Virus record (IMG/VR): IMGVR_UViG_3300025127_000148
Location: 1 to 31,075 of that record
DNA from: a virus
Taxonomy: Duplodnaviria; Caudoviricetes
DNA length: 31,075 bases
Strand: one strand, 5' to 3'
Made by a program: the position numbers and the translations under genes. The notes beneath the pieces were generated by a model. The model made no database searches. It saw nothing but the letters and a program-made list of their open reading frames with translations, and was not told the origin of the DNA. Positions 15,674-24,767 of this stretch are shown in pieces (positions within the stretch are counted from its first letter, which is position 1; each line of letters begins with the position of its first letter).

Positions 15674-16738
15674 TTATCTTGCGTTGTTGGGTATACCTGT
15701 TGATGTTACGAAGGGTGATTCTGCAAATGACATATAAAGATATGCTGTTCCAGAATTATTTACACCACTATCACTACCTCTTATTTTTACTCCATTACTT
15801 AAAATATCTATTCTCCATGAAGAAGTGTCTCCCTCTGTACCATTTGTATTTGCTAAAATTTGATCGTTTCTATCATTAAATCCTAGTCTTTTATTATCAT
15901 ATATATTCCAAGCCTCACCAGAAGTTGATTTTAACATAAACCATGCTGGTTTAAATCCTGTATAAACAAATGTTCCATTAGCATTTCCATTTCCTATATA
16001 TGATCCTATTTTAGAATATCCTTTAACTGAATGAAAACAATATGCTAACATATTATCGCTTGAACCATTATGTGCATTATTACTTCCAACTGTAAATACA
16101 GATGCTGTTGGTGCAGTTGGTGTTGAACCCCATGTAACAGCACTACCAGGGTTTGTGCTACCTTTAGTATCGTTCCATTCCATGTAATATCCATTACCAC
16201 CTGTCATAGTATTACCAGCAACAGTTTGTCCAACTCTCCAATCAGCAGCATCACTTCTATTTCTTACTACATACATTTCTGGTGCTGAACTAAGTCCATG
16301 TCCTATTGTTGCATCCGATCCATTACCTGTCCATGTTACAATACTAAATCCAGCAGTAGTGTTTGCTGAAACTGTTGAAGTAATACTTCCATTTGAGTTT
16401 GATGCAGTTCCATTAGCACCTAACCAGTTCCATGAAACAAAATTATCACTACTATTATTTGCACCTGTTAAATTTCCAGCTATAGTAAAACCATCTGATC
16501 CAAAAGCTGAAATACCATTAGAACTTGTATATTCAGAATCTGTATTATCTGATTCAAGATATTTTGTTGTTCCTCTAACAGCATCATATAATTGATGTGA
16601 ATTATTAGTGCTTCTATTTTTTAACCAAATCCAATCAGGTTGAAATCCAACTCCTGTAATAGCGTTTGATGAACCATTACCAGTATAAAGAACAGTGTTA
16701 AAAAACAATCCTGGGTTATCAATAGTTGTATAAGCCAT
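15674..16738 (-). CDS. Tail fibre-associated beta-rich repeat protein
   Basis: Three repeats: YTGNG...GVGFQPDWIWLKNR, WTGNG...HGLSSAPEMYVVRNR, YIGNG...TGFKPAWFMLK. Confidence 0.75.
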   Translation of the reverse strand: MAYTTIDNPGLFFNTVLYTGNGSSNAITGVGFQPDWIWLKNRSTNNSHQLYDAVRGTTKYLESDNTDSEYTSSNGISAFGSDGFTIAGNLTGANNSSDNFVSWNWLGANGTASNSNGSITSTVSANTTAGFSIVTWTGNGSDATIGHGLSSAPEMYVVRNRSDAADWRVGQTVAGNTMTGGNGYYMEWNDTKGSTNPGSAVTWGSTPTAPTASVFTVGSNNAHNGSSDNMLAYCFHSVKGYSKIGSYIGNGNANGTFVYTGFKPAWFMLKSTSGEAWNIYDNKRLGFNDRNDQILANTNGTEGDTSSWRIDILSNGVKIRGSDSGVNNSGTAYLYMSFAESPFVTSTGIPNNAR

Positions 16739-18135
16739 TATCCGAACTCCGCTAAGTTTTTACTGCATAATGCAAAGTAACCTGATGGTACTGCATATTC
16801 AAAATTACCATGGCCATTAGCATCACTGTTTCCTGATGAAATTGAAAAACTAGGATTACCAAAATTAAAAGAATACTGATCTGTTCCAGATGAAGAATTA
16901 TTTATAACTACTGGTAAATAAGTTCCACTTATACTTGAAGCCATTGGATTTGAGCCTGCTGCTGGATCGCCAGAGTTATAAAAAGTTCCATTTTCTCCTA
17001 TATAAAACTTTCCGTTATCCATATCTAAAGCAAATATTAAAATATCATTTGTTGTTGATGAACTTCCATAAGAGCCTTGATCTGAACCATTTAAATAATA
17101 CTTTCCATTAAATGTATAAACTGTGTAAGAATTATTATAAGAATTATTCCAATCTCCATCATCTCCTTTAATACCTATATAAGCATTATCAGGTGCATTT
17201 AATCTTTTAGCTTCCCAATACCATTTACCAGAACTTACACCAAATGTTGCTTTATATCTTCCACCTTGAAATTCAGTATTACCTTCTGATGCAGTTATAG
17301 ATCCTGTAAAATCTAAAGGGTTTAATGTTGCAAAATTATTAGTACAAGTATCAGTAGTTTGATCTATAGATGTTAAATTATTAACAGTAAAATTATTTCC
17401 ACTTAATGATGAATCTGTACCTAAACTACTTGAATTTTTAAATTGTAAATAAAATCCATTAGTGCCAAAATCTAATTTAGTTAAAATTTCTTTTGGCTTC
17501 CAAATTGTAGGGTTGGCGGAATCAAATTCTCCAAATGATGTTGGGCCAAGTGCTTGACCATCAACAAAACAAACTTCTGCCATATATCCAGAAAAATAAT
17601 AATTATTAGATCCACCACCACCATTTCCTACATGTGACGTAGAAGTAGATGACATATATTTAACTACATAATTTTGATCTGGATATGTTTCTGTACCAAA
17701 ACTTGTTTCTTGAGTACCATTAATATATAGTTTAACTCTATTACTTGATGTGCTTTGTGTTGTGTCTATTTCTACAAGTATATGATACCAAGCAGATAAA
17801 TCTCTAAATTCTCTATTTGTTTTTAAACCAATTGCAGTTCCTGAACCATTTGATGGTTGTGCATAAACAAAAAATTGATCTGAACCATTATCAAAATGAG
17901 GTAAAAATCTACTAGCATTACTTGTACCATCTTGATAAGCCCATATTGATTGTGGATTAGATTGTGCTAATTTACCTCTTTTAACCCATGCAGATAAAGT
18001 TCCTGTTGTAAATCCACTTCCAGAACCTGTTTGTGTTAAACTATCAGCACTACCATCATCAAATCTTAATGAGTTAGCAACTTCAAAGGGGTTAGAGTTA
18101 CTAGGTGCAGGATATAAAAAACTATTTATTGGCAT
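16738..18135 (-). CDS. Tail-associated protein with ConA/LamG-like and SPRY-like domains
   Basis: TLSAWVKR...WYHILV..D...RVKLYING...FSGYMAEVCF (LamG-like); SGKWYWE...YIGI...DILIFALDMDNGKFYIGENG (SPRY-like). Confidence 0.8.
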   Translation of the reverse strand: MPINSFLYPAPSNSNPFEVANSLRFDDGSADSLTQTGSGSGFTTGTLSAWVKRGKLAQSNPQSIWAYQDGTSNASRFLPHFDNGSDQFFVYAQPSNGSGTAIGLKTNREFRDLSAWYHILVEIDTTQSTSSNRVKLYINGTQETSFGTETYPDQNYVVKYMSSTSTSHVGNGGGGSNNYYFSGYMAEVCFVDGQALGPTSFGEFDSANPTIWKPKEILTKLDFGTNGFYLQFKNSSSLGTDSSLSGNNFTVNNLTSIDQTTDTCTNNFATLNPLDFTGSITASEGNTEFQGGRYKATFGVSSGKWYWEAKRLNAPDNAYIGIKGDDGDWNNSYNNSYTVYTFNGKYYLNGSDQGSYGSSSTTNDILIFALDMDNGKFYIGENGTFYNSGDPAAGSNPMASSISGTYLPVVINNSSSGTDQYSFNFGNPSFSISSGNSDANGHGNFEYAVPSGYFALCSKNLAEFG

Positions 18136-18755
18136 TAACTCTCCAATATAGGAAGTTCGCCTAATGGTCTTGTTACAGATCCATCCTCTTGTTTTGTGTA
18201 AGTGTATAAAGTTTCAAGAGCTGGTGTATCACTAGCATTTGTAATAGCTGTTTCCATCTCAGCTGCTTTAGTTCTTACTGCTGCTCTATGAGTTGTAATA
18301 GATGATGGTACTGCTGTGCCTGCATCTGCTTTTCTAATTATATACCAATCTGTATCTTGTAATATTCCTGCAGCTTGTTGTTTAATTGTTCTAATTAATT
18401 TTGTTTTTAATCCTTCAACTGCAACATCACCTACATCTTTACCTTCTGGTATGTTACCGTCTGTTTTATCTTTAGATGTCCATAGAGTATCTGCATGTGC
18501 TTTAGCTGTGGCTGTACCCCAAGATCTAGTTACTTTACCACTTCCAAATGTAAAAGATTCATTAGTATTATTATACCATTCTTTATTTTTATAATTAGTG
18601 CTATCTGTTGTAACTTCATAAAGACCTATAGCTTCTTTTTCTGCTTTAGACCATTTATAAAATATATCTGGTGCGTATTGATTTCCATTATGTTCAAATC
18701 CTGTTGGACCAGGAAAAACTCTAGTTACTGAATTATTTACTACTAATGCGTACAT
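18135..18755 (-). CDS. Tail fibre assembly chaperone-like protein, 206 aa
   Basis: C-terminal ILQDTDWYIIRKAD...VPSSITTHRAAVRT resembles Tfa-type chaperones. Confidence 0.65.
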   Translation of the reverse strand: MYALVVNNSVTRVFPGPTGFEHNGNQYAPDIFYKWSKAEKEAIGLYEVTTDSTNYKNKEWYNNTNESFTFGSGKVTRSWGTATAKAHADTLWTSKDKTDGNIPEGKDVGDVAVEGLKTKLIRTIKQQAAGILQDTDWYIIRKADAGTAVPSSITTHRAAVRTKAAEMETAITNASDTPALETLYTYTKQEDGSVTRPLGELPILES

Positions 18756-18756
18756 A

Positions 18757-19161
18757 TTATGATAATGTTAAATTTTTATTTCTTCCAACTTCTAACCACT
18801 TAGATCCATTGTATCTGAAAACAAAAACATCTCCTTTGTTAGCTGTTGTTGTTAATGTAGGTGCAGTATCTGCGGCAAATTCAAATACAGCGTTCCATGT
18901 TAAAGTTCTTGATCCTGTTCCATCTTGTATCACAAGTATAGATATAAATTGACCAGTAGTATTATTGGTAGGAGCAGCCATTGTTCTATTACCACCTAGT
19001 GTTAATTTACATACGTCTTGTGTAGATGCATCCCAAGTAACTGTAGCTTGATCTGTTAATGTAGATTCACTGTAATTTAATTTAGCAGACGTAATTAAAT
19101 CATCTGCTATATCTGATGCAGTTAATGCTACTGAAGCAGGTTCTTTACCTATGTAACCCAT
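18757..19161 (-). CDS. Short fibre/adapter protein, 134 aa
   Basis: MGYIGKEP start; ITSAKL motif; LTLGGNRTMAAPTN...ILVIQDGTGSRTLTW...DVFVF.YNG.KW domain common in phage fibres; GGAG SD. Confidence 0.75.
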   Translation of the reverse strand: MGYIGKEPASVALTASDIADDLITSAKLNYSESTLTDQATVTWDASTQDVCKLTLGGNRTMAAPTNNTTGQFISILVIQDGTGSRTLTWNAVFEFAADTAPTLTTTANKGDVFVFRYNGSKWLEVGRNKNLTLS

Positions 19162-19162
19162 C

Positions 19163-19528
19163 TTACGTTATCTCCATTATAGACAGTGTACCAGAAACTT
19201 TATCAGCTACAGAGCAATCTATTTTAATTTCATCTGTTGCTTCTAAAACTACTTTACCACCCGACAAAAGTTCTAGCGAACTCCCTGCAGGGATTGACAC
19301 ATCTTTAACTAAAAATGATGTACCGTTTGCAACGTCATTTGCACCACCTCTATTTCCTGTATCACTAACTAATTCTACTTCAACAGTAACTGCTGATGTA
19401 TGAATATTAGTAAGGATAAGTCCAAGAACAACAGTAGTTGTACTTCCTGCACAAGTGTACATTTTATATGGCGTTCCAGCCGAAGCTGGCTCTGCTGCAA
19501 AGGTTACTACCTTAAAAGTATTTGCCAT
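19163..19528 (-). CDS. Conserved virion structural protein, 121 aa (putative fibre hub/adapter)
   Basis: AGGAG SD; all-beta pattern MANTFK...TTVVLGLILTNI...LVKDVSIPAGSSLELLSGGKVVLE..D; directly follows the main fibre. Confidence 0.75.
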   Translation of the reverse strand: MANTFKVVTFAAEPASAGTPYKMYTCAGSTTTVVLGLILTNIHTSAVTVEVELVSDTGNRGGANDVANGTSFLVKDVSIPAGSSLELLSGGKVVLEATDEIKIDCSVADKVSGTLSIMEIT

Positions 19529-19552
19529 TTATTATCTCCTATTTATTATTAT

Positions 19553-19580
19553 ATTATATCGTTATATTTTAAAAAGTCAA
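19553..19580 (-). promoter_or_regulatory. Near-consensus sigma70 promoter
   Basis: Minus strand TTGACT (19580-19575), 16-nt spacer, TATAAT (19558-19553), in a 58-nt intergenic gap of an otherwise tightly packed operon. Confidence 0.7.
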
Positions 19581-19586
19581 TGATTA

Positions 19587-21650
19587 TTATCCAAGAGCAA
19601 TTGCTAGAGCTGTGGGATCATCAATATTTGCACTAACTAAAGTTACTACTCTAGATAATGCAGCTTTTCTATTTGTACCACCTGCACCATCATCTACTAT
19701 AATTAAATCAGATGTAGTTAAATCTGCACCAATATCTGTGCCACCATCAATGTCTATATCTGCTAAATCTACACCACCATCTGGAAAAACTGGATTTTGA
19801 GAAAACGTTACAACACCACCTGATGAAATTGTCATAGCATCTACATCACTAGTTGATCCAATTGTACCACCATCTTTAATTATAATATCATCTGCAAATG
19901 TTACAACGCCATTACTATCTCCAGAAATCCATGTTGTGGTAGATGAACCATCATAACCAGATATTTTTAATTGTCTGTTTCCTGTTGCACTATCTGCATC
20001 AACATTTGCACCAATCATTACATTACCATCTCCTGTAGTAATATTATCTCCTGCAGATTGTCCAATTACTATATTGTTATTTGCAGATTCCATTTGTGCA
20101 CCTGCCGATCTACCTATAGCAACGTTACTTGAACCTGTAAAAGAAGCATCTTCTAAACTATCTACTCCTAAAGCAAAGTTACTACTCCCTGTTGCATTAC
20201 CAGAACCAGCATTACGACCAATATATACATTTGATCCACCAGTAGTTATTGCAGTTCCAGCATTACTACCTAAACAAATATTTTGATCTCCTGAAGTAAC
20301 AGAATTTAAAGCAGCATCACCAATACCAAGATTATCTTCAGCTGAAGACAAAGTTCCTGTCGTTGCATGTCCAATTAAAAATGATCTTGCAAAATTAGTT
20401 CCACCAAATTTACCAGCTATTAAATCTCCTGTAAGATCAGGTAAAGTATGAACAGCATTACTTCCAACTGAGTGTGGTTGTGGTTGTATTTTTTGACCAT
20501 GTGAATTACTTTCACAATTTAAAACTAAAGCACCTTGATTAGTGTTACCTTTAATTACAACTGTTCCTGTACCATTAGGAGCTAATTCTATATTAGCATT
20601 TGATGTAGTTACAATATCTTGACCATTCATGTCAAGATTACCACCTAATTGTGGTGTAGTATCTTCAACTACATTTGATATTGCACTTGATGTAGCTAGT
20701 CCTGATACAACTGTTGACCTTGCAACTTTTTTAAGGCCACCACCTGAAGTATCAACTGCTAAGAATACATCATCACTAGCTATTGTAGATATTTCTGATA
20801 ATGAACCTACTGCTACTGAATTAAAGTTTGTACCATCTGCAATTAATAAATTACCAGATGTATTTGTACCCATAGTAATATCATCACCAGATACTGTAAG
20901 ATCTCCAGTTACAGTTAAATTTTGTGATGCTGTTACATTACCACTTGAATCAATAGCTATAGCATCTGTGTCAGATGTGTGACCTATATTAGTGCCATTA
21001 ATAATTATGTTATCAACTGTTAAAGTTGTAAGTGTTCCAACGGATGTAAGATTAGGCATTGCTGTAATCTCATCATCAAAGTATGCAGATAAATCTGTAA
21101 CTGCAACTTGTTTCATTGTACCACCATCATTTAGTACAACTCTATCAGCATCAACAACTGTTGTTGAAGTAGCTGATGTATCACCATCAATTATATTTAA
21201 TTCTGTTGCTGTAGAAGTTACACCATCAAGGATATTAAGTTCTGCTGCAGTTGATGTTATAGCTGTACCATTATAATTAATAGCATCAACATGTGCTGTG
21301 CCATCTACATATAAATCTTTAAACTCAAGAGAGGAAGTTCCTAAGTCTATATCATTATCTGTAATAGGTACAATAGCACCATCTTGTATTCTTAACTGCT
21401 GTACAGCAGCTGAAGATACTTCTACATAAAATTCTAAATGATTATTACTTGTATCTACAAGTATTTTATTTAATGAGTCTGCATCTCTAAGTGTACTAAT
21501 AGGGCCACCCTCACCTGCTGTTCCGTCATGTGAGTGTCCTGTTGTTGCATGAAACGCAGCCAATACTTGGTTAAACTCATCATTGGAATGAGCTGCAAGT
21601 ATAGTATCACCTGTAGTGAAACTAGACTGTCGTGCCGAATAGCCTGCCAT
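19587..21650 (-). CDS. Main tail fibre protein, 687 aa
   Basis: N-terminal tail-attachment region (NDEFNQV..AF...TGHSHDGT.GEG), TAAELNILDG repeats, N..IG..AG beta-roll repeats, C-terminal ALAIALG; follows the nozzle. Confidence 0.85.
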   Translation of the reverse strand: MAGYSARQSSFTTGDTILAAHSNDEFNQVLAAFHATTGHSHDGTAGEGGPISTLRDADSLNKILVDTSNNHLEFYVEVSSAAVQQLRIQDGAIVPITDNDIDLGTSSLEFKDLYVDGTAHVDAINYNGTAITSTAAELNILDGVTSTATELNIIDGDTSATSTTVVDADRVVLNDGGTMKQVAVTDLSAYFDDEITAMPNLTSVGTLTTLTVDNIIINGTNIGHTSDTDAIAIDSSGNVTASQNLTVTGDLTVSGDDITMGTNTSGNLLIADGTNFNSVAVGSLSEISTIASDDVFLAVDTSGGGLKKVARSTVVSGLATSSAISNVVEDTTPQLGGNLDMNGQDIVTTSNANIELAPNGTGTVVIKGNTNQGALVLNCESNSHGQKIQPQPHSVGSNAVHTLPDLTGDLIAGKFGGTNFARSFLIGHATTGTLSSAEDNLGIGDAALNSVTSGDQNICLGSNAGTAITTGGSNVYIGRNAGSGNATGSSNFALGVDSLEDASFTGSSNVAIGRSAGAQMESANNNIVIGQSAGDNITTGDGNVMIGANVDADSATGNRQLKISGYDGSSTTTWISGDSNGVVTFADDIIIKDGGTIGSTSDVDAMTISSGGVVTFSQNPVFPDGGVDLADIDIDGGTDIGADLTTSDLIIVDDGAGGTNRKAALSRVVTLVSANIDDPTALAIALG

Positions 21651-23200
21651 TATCTTCTTCCTCCTGGGGTAAATTCTAATTGAAATCCTTTAACTGAAAA
21701 TGAGTCTGCACTATTTTGATCATCTATTTGTAATGCTACTGCAAATCCAGATCCTTCTACTGTTTGTCTTACTAATGGAACACCTGATGCATCATATAGT
21801 GAACTACCATAAGTTGCAGCTCCATATTGTCCAGCACCACCTACACTTGGTAGTGCAATTTTTGCTGGTTGTGGACTATTCTGGTCATCATAATTATATC
21901 TAAGAGCTAAGTTTGCATCAATAGATGTACCTTCACCTTCATAGTTTAAGTTAACTCTTTGCATATATTTTCTAACACCTGGATCTCCCATTACCATATC
22001 AGGTGATCTATATACTGCTTGTATAGTACTTGTAGTTGCACCTGTAGCAAAAGTATTTCCTGTTTCCATTTTATAGATGAATCCATCATAACCACCAAAT
22101 ACTTGTGTTTCTACACCACTAATAAAATCTGAATCTGTGCAAGCTGGTTTAATACCAACCATGTCTGCATATTCAAATCCTATTTGTCCTGTATTAGGAT
22201 TATTTTTTAATACACCTATAATTCCTTTTGATGATAGTTGTCCTGTGGCTGTAACTGGATAGAATAATCTATATTGAGATTTTGATCTAATTACTACAGA
22301 AGATATTCTATCTAATGTAATTTCATCAATTCTAGATTGTATTTGTCTAGATATAGATCCAAGTTCAACGTCACCAATTCTAGCCGTACCAGCAATAGTT
22401 CTTAAACCATCTGGTGCTAAAAATATAACATCACCACCAATCTCTTGAATACTACCACCATCTCTACATCCAATATTTCTAGTTACTTCTTGTACTGCAA
22501 AATTACTTGAGGATGTACCTGTTAATTTATAAATTCTATCTTCACAAAATATAATTAATTCATTCCTAAATACTTTCATTCCAACTACAGTAGAGTCAAC
22601 TTTAAATGATCCTGCTCCACTAGCCGATGTAAAATTATCTTCTTCAAATGGTACACTAAATATAACTTCTTGCGAATTAGTTGCACCTGCATAAAACATA
22701 TGATTTTGAAATGCTTTTACAAATTTAGGATTACTTGGAGCTGTACCACCACCTGTTGCATTTACTACATCAACTGCAAAACTAGAATTAATTATTTGTG
22801 CAGCTGAGTGTCCTGTTGCTATAATTAATTTATCTGTACCATTAAAATTAAATTTTTCAAAATCGTATGCTCTAGTAGATGTACCTAATCCAGTTGTTAA
22901 AGTTGTAAAACTACCACTAGTTGTACCTCTATGTATATCACCACCTCTAGCTACAATAATCTGTCCATTAAATATTATTGAACAATCTACTACTAGACTA
23001 GTATTACTAGATCCTTGTGGTACAATTGTAGTATTATATAATGCTGTTCCACTAACACGTCTGTATCCACCTTTTATATCAGGTTCAAAATTTTGTAAGA
23101 TAAGTGCTTCACCAGGTCTCATTGAAAACACATCTTTGTTCAATGTCAACCCACCAGCACAACTTACTACAAATGGTGATATTAAATCAGTAGTTGGCAT
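21650..23200 (-). CDS. Tail nozzle (tail tubular protein B / P22 gp10-like)
   Basis: GGL start motif; beta-propeller patterns FQNHMFYAG, FRNELIIFCEDRIY, IGC....SIQEIGGDVIFLAPDGLR; position after the adaptor. Confidence 0.8.
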   Translation of the reverse strand: MPTTDLISPFVVSCAGGLTLNKDVFSMRPGEALILQNFEPDIKGGYRRVSGTALYNTTIVPQGSSNTSLVVDCSIIFNGQIIVARGGDIHRGTTSGSFTTLTTGLGTSTRAYDFEKFNFNGTDKLIIATGHSAAQIINSSFAVDVVNATGGGTAPSNPKFVKAFQNHMFYAGATNSQEVIFSVPFEEDNFTSASGAGSFKVDSTVVGMKVFRNELIIFCEDRIYKLTGTSSSNFAVQEVTRNIGCRDGGSIQEIGGDVIFLAPDGLRTIAGTARIGDVELGSISRQIQSRIDEITLDRISSVVIRSKSQYRLFYPVTATGQLSSKGIIGVLKNNPNTGQIGFEYADMVGIKPACTDSDFISGVETQVFGGYDGFIYKMETGNTFATGATTSTIQAVYRSPDMVMGDPGVRKYMQRVNLNYEGEGTSIDANLALRYNYDDQNSPQPAKIALPSVGGAGQYGAATYGSSLYDASGVPLVRQTVEGSGFAVALQIDDQNSADSFSVKGFQLEFTPGGRR

Positions 23201-23450
23201 CTTTATCTTTTTCTCTCTTTATAGATAAATTTTGTAATCGTTCTGTTTCTTTATTTGTTAATGGACCAAAAAGGTCTGACTTAGATTCTTTTGTTTTTAA
23301 TAACTCAAAATCTTTTTTTTCTCTTTTAATTAAATTAGTATCACTTTGATTATTTAAACCATTATTCATAACTCTAGTAGCTTTTCTTTCAGCATATCTC
23401 ATATTATCTTCTGGTTCTTTCATTTTATTTTCTCTAAAATCCATAGCCAT
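23187..23450 (-). CDS. 87-aa charged hypothetical protein
   Basis: TAATG coupling at 23450, GGAGG upstream, 14-nt overlap with the nozzle gene. Confidence 0.7.
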   Translation of the reverse strand: MAMDFRENKMKEPEDNMRYAERKATRVMNNGLNNQSDTNLIKREKKDFELLKTKESKSDLFGPLTNKETERLQNLSIKREKDKDANY

Positions 23451-24553
23451 TATGATACTCTGCCTCCTATATTTGTAGCAATACTTTCACCTATTGTGTC
23501 GCTACGCATATAATCATTTTTAGTAGCGTAGTCTACTTTTAATAATCTAAGTTTTCTTTGAAAATCTCTATCTGCTAATTGAGCATGTTGTGGATCTGAT
23601 CTTAACATATATGTATAATATTTAGCTCTATCTACAATTAGCGTACCAAATCTATCAGGTAAACTCATGTTATCGCCATGTGCTGATAAATCTGTGTGTG
23701 TAGCATAATAATCATAATGCACTGTGTATTCATTTGTGTTTGGTCTTGGGCTAACACCAAATGCAGAATGATCTGGTAATATATAAACTCTTAATGGATC
23801 AGAATAATTACCACTATTATTTGTATCATCAGTTACTTTATAAATTTGTAAAAAATTATCGTAAGATACATAAACTAATTTTCTAAGAGGTATATCACTT
23901 CTAGATATTCTTACATAATCAACATCTAATTGTACACCATCTGATTCTACATAAATAAAAGATGTCTGTGCTGTAGCTGTAAATGTAGTATTTAATATAG
24001 CACCTTCTCTAAAATTAGTTACAGCTCGTGTTGTATTTAAATTTTGTGTTCCACCTGCAGATGTACCAACTCTAACAATTAGTCCACTTGTTGAACTGTT
24101 TGGGCTTAATACTCTAAGTTGTAATTTATAAGTTTTATTTACTGTAGTATTAATAGCTTGATATGCAGCTGCATCATTAAGATTTAATCTACCATTACCG
24201 CTTGAAGTATGAGATGGTGATCCATCACCAGTTGTCCAACTATTTATGTTAGATGTAAACTCACCATTAGTAACTAATTCTTTTGGTTTAAGAAAAAATG
24301 AATCCATATCTGCTTTTCTAAAGTCAGCTGGAAAATCATATTCGTTATCGCCAATAGTTAAATCTTGTGATGTTCTTGAATACAGCAAAGGTATCTCACC
24401 TGTTTCATTATAAATATCATGAATACCTTTATTTATAAAATCTTTAACTGCAGTTTGTATACCTCTACTAGAGGCAAACGTACTTGAAGTTAATTCTGTT
24501 TCGTTTAATTCTCTAAGTACTCTGTTTGTGAGTGTTAGGTAAGTTGTTGCCAT
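23450..24553 (-). CDS. Head-tail adaptor (tail tubular protein A-like) with inserted CBM-like domain
   Basis: YLTLTNRVLRELNE N-terminal helices and LPDRF..LIVDRAKYY C-terminal helices typical of adaptors; residues ~92-217 look like a jelly roll. Confidence 0.8.
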   Translation of the reverse strand: MATTYLTLTNRVLRELNETELTSSTFASSRGIQTAVKDFINKGIHDIYNETGEIPLLYSRTSQDLTIGDNEYDFPADFRKADMDSFFLKPKELVTNGEFTSNINSWTTGDGSPSHTSSGNGRLNLNDAAAYQAINTTVNKTYKLQLRVLSPNSSTSGLIVRVGTSAGGTQNLNTTRAVTNFREGAILNTTFTATAQTSFIYVESDGVQLDVDYVRISRSDIPLRKLVYVSYDNFLQIYKVTDDTNNSGNYSDPLRVYILPDHSAFGVSPRPNTNEYTVHYDYYATHTDLSAHGDNMSLPDRFGTLIVDRAKYYTYMLRSDPQHAQLADRDFQRKLRLLKVDYATKNDYMRSDTIGESIATNIGGRVS

Positions 24554-24710
24554 GTTGTAATAAATTTAAAATTTTGTCTAGTTTTTGTTCTTGGTCATCA
24601 AGTCTTTTTTCTAATTTAATAACCCTCATAGTATTATCAACTGGCCCTAACGGAATAATTTTTTGTCCTGTACTAGCTCTAGTTTTTTTTGTTAAATCAT
24701 GAATAGCCAT
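24513..24710 (-). CDS. 65-aa hypothetical protein with short coiled coil
   Basis: AGGAG SD; RVIKLEKRLDDQEQKLDKILNLL; 41-nt overlap with the adaptor gene. Confidence 0.7.
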   Translation of the reverse strand: MAIHDLTKKTRASTGQKIIPLGPVDNTMRVIKLEKRLDDQEQKLDKILNLLQHGNNLPNTHKQST

Positions 24711-24740
24711 AGATCTCCTAAATATTATAAGGGGTATTAA

Positions 24741-24767
24741 TTAAAGGGGGCATATAGCCCCCCTTAA
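24741..24767 (-). terminator. Intrinsic terminator-like hairpin after the capsid genes (probably leaky)
   Basis: TTAAGGGGGGC-TATAT-GCCCCCTTTAA on the minus strand just after the 24779 stop; short interrupted U tract. Confidence 0.75.

Noticed and set aside
13910-21650. Diversity-generating retroelement or invertible fibre-switching system
   Set aside because: No reverse transcriptase or invertase, no near-identical ~100-bp repeat pair differing at adenines, and no inverted fibre genes seen; a trans-acting element outside the window cannot be excluded.
24724-24760. Second sigma70 promoter using TATAAT at 24729-24724
   Set aside because: The matching -35 position reads TGCCCC inside the terminator stem, far from TTGACA.
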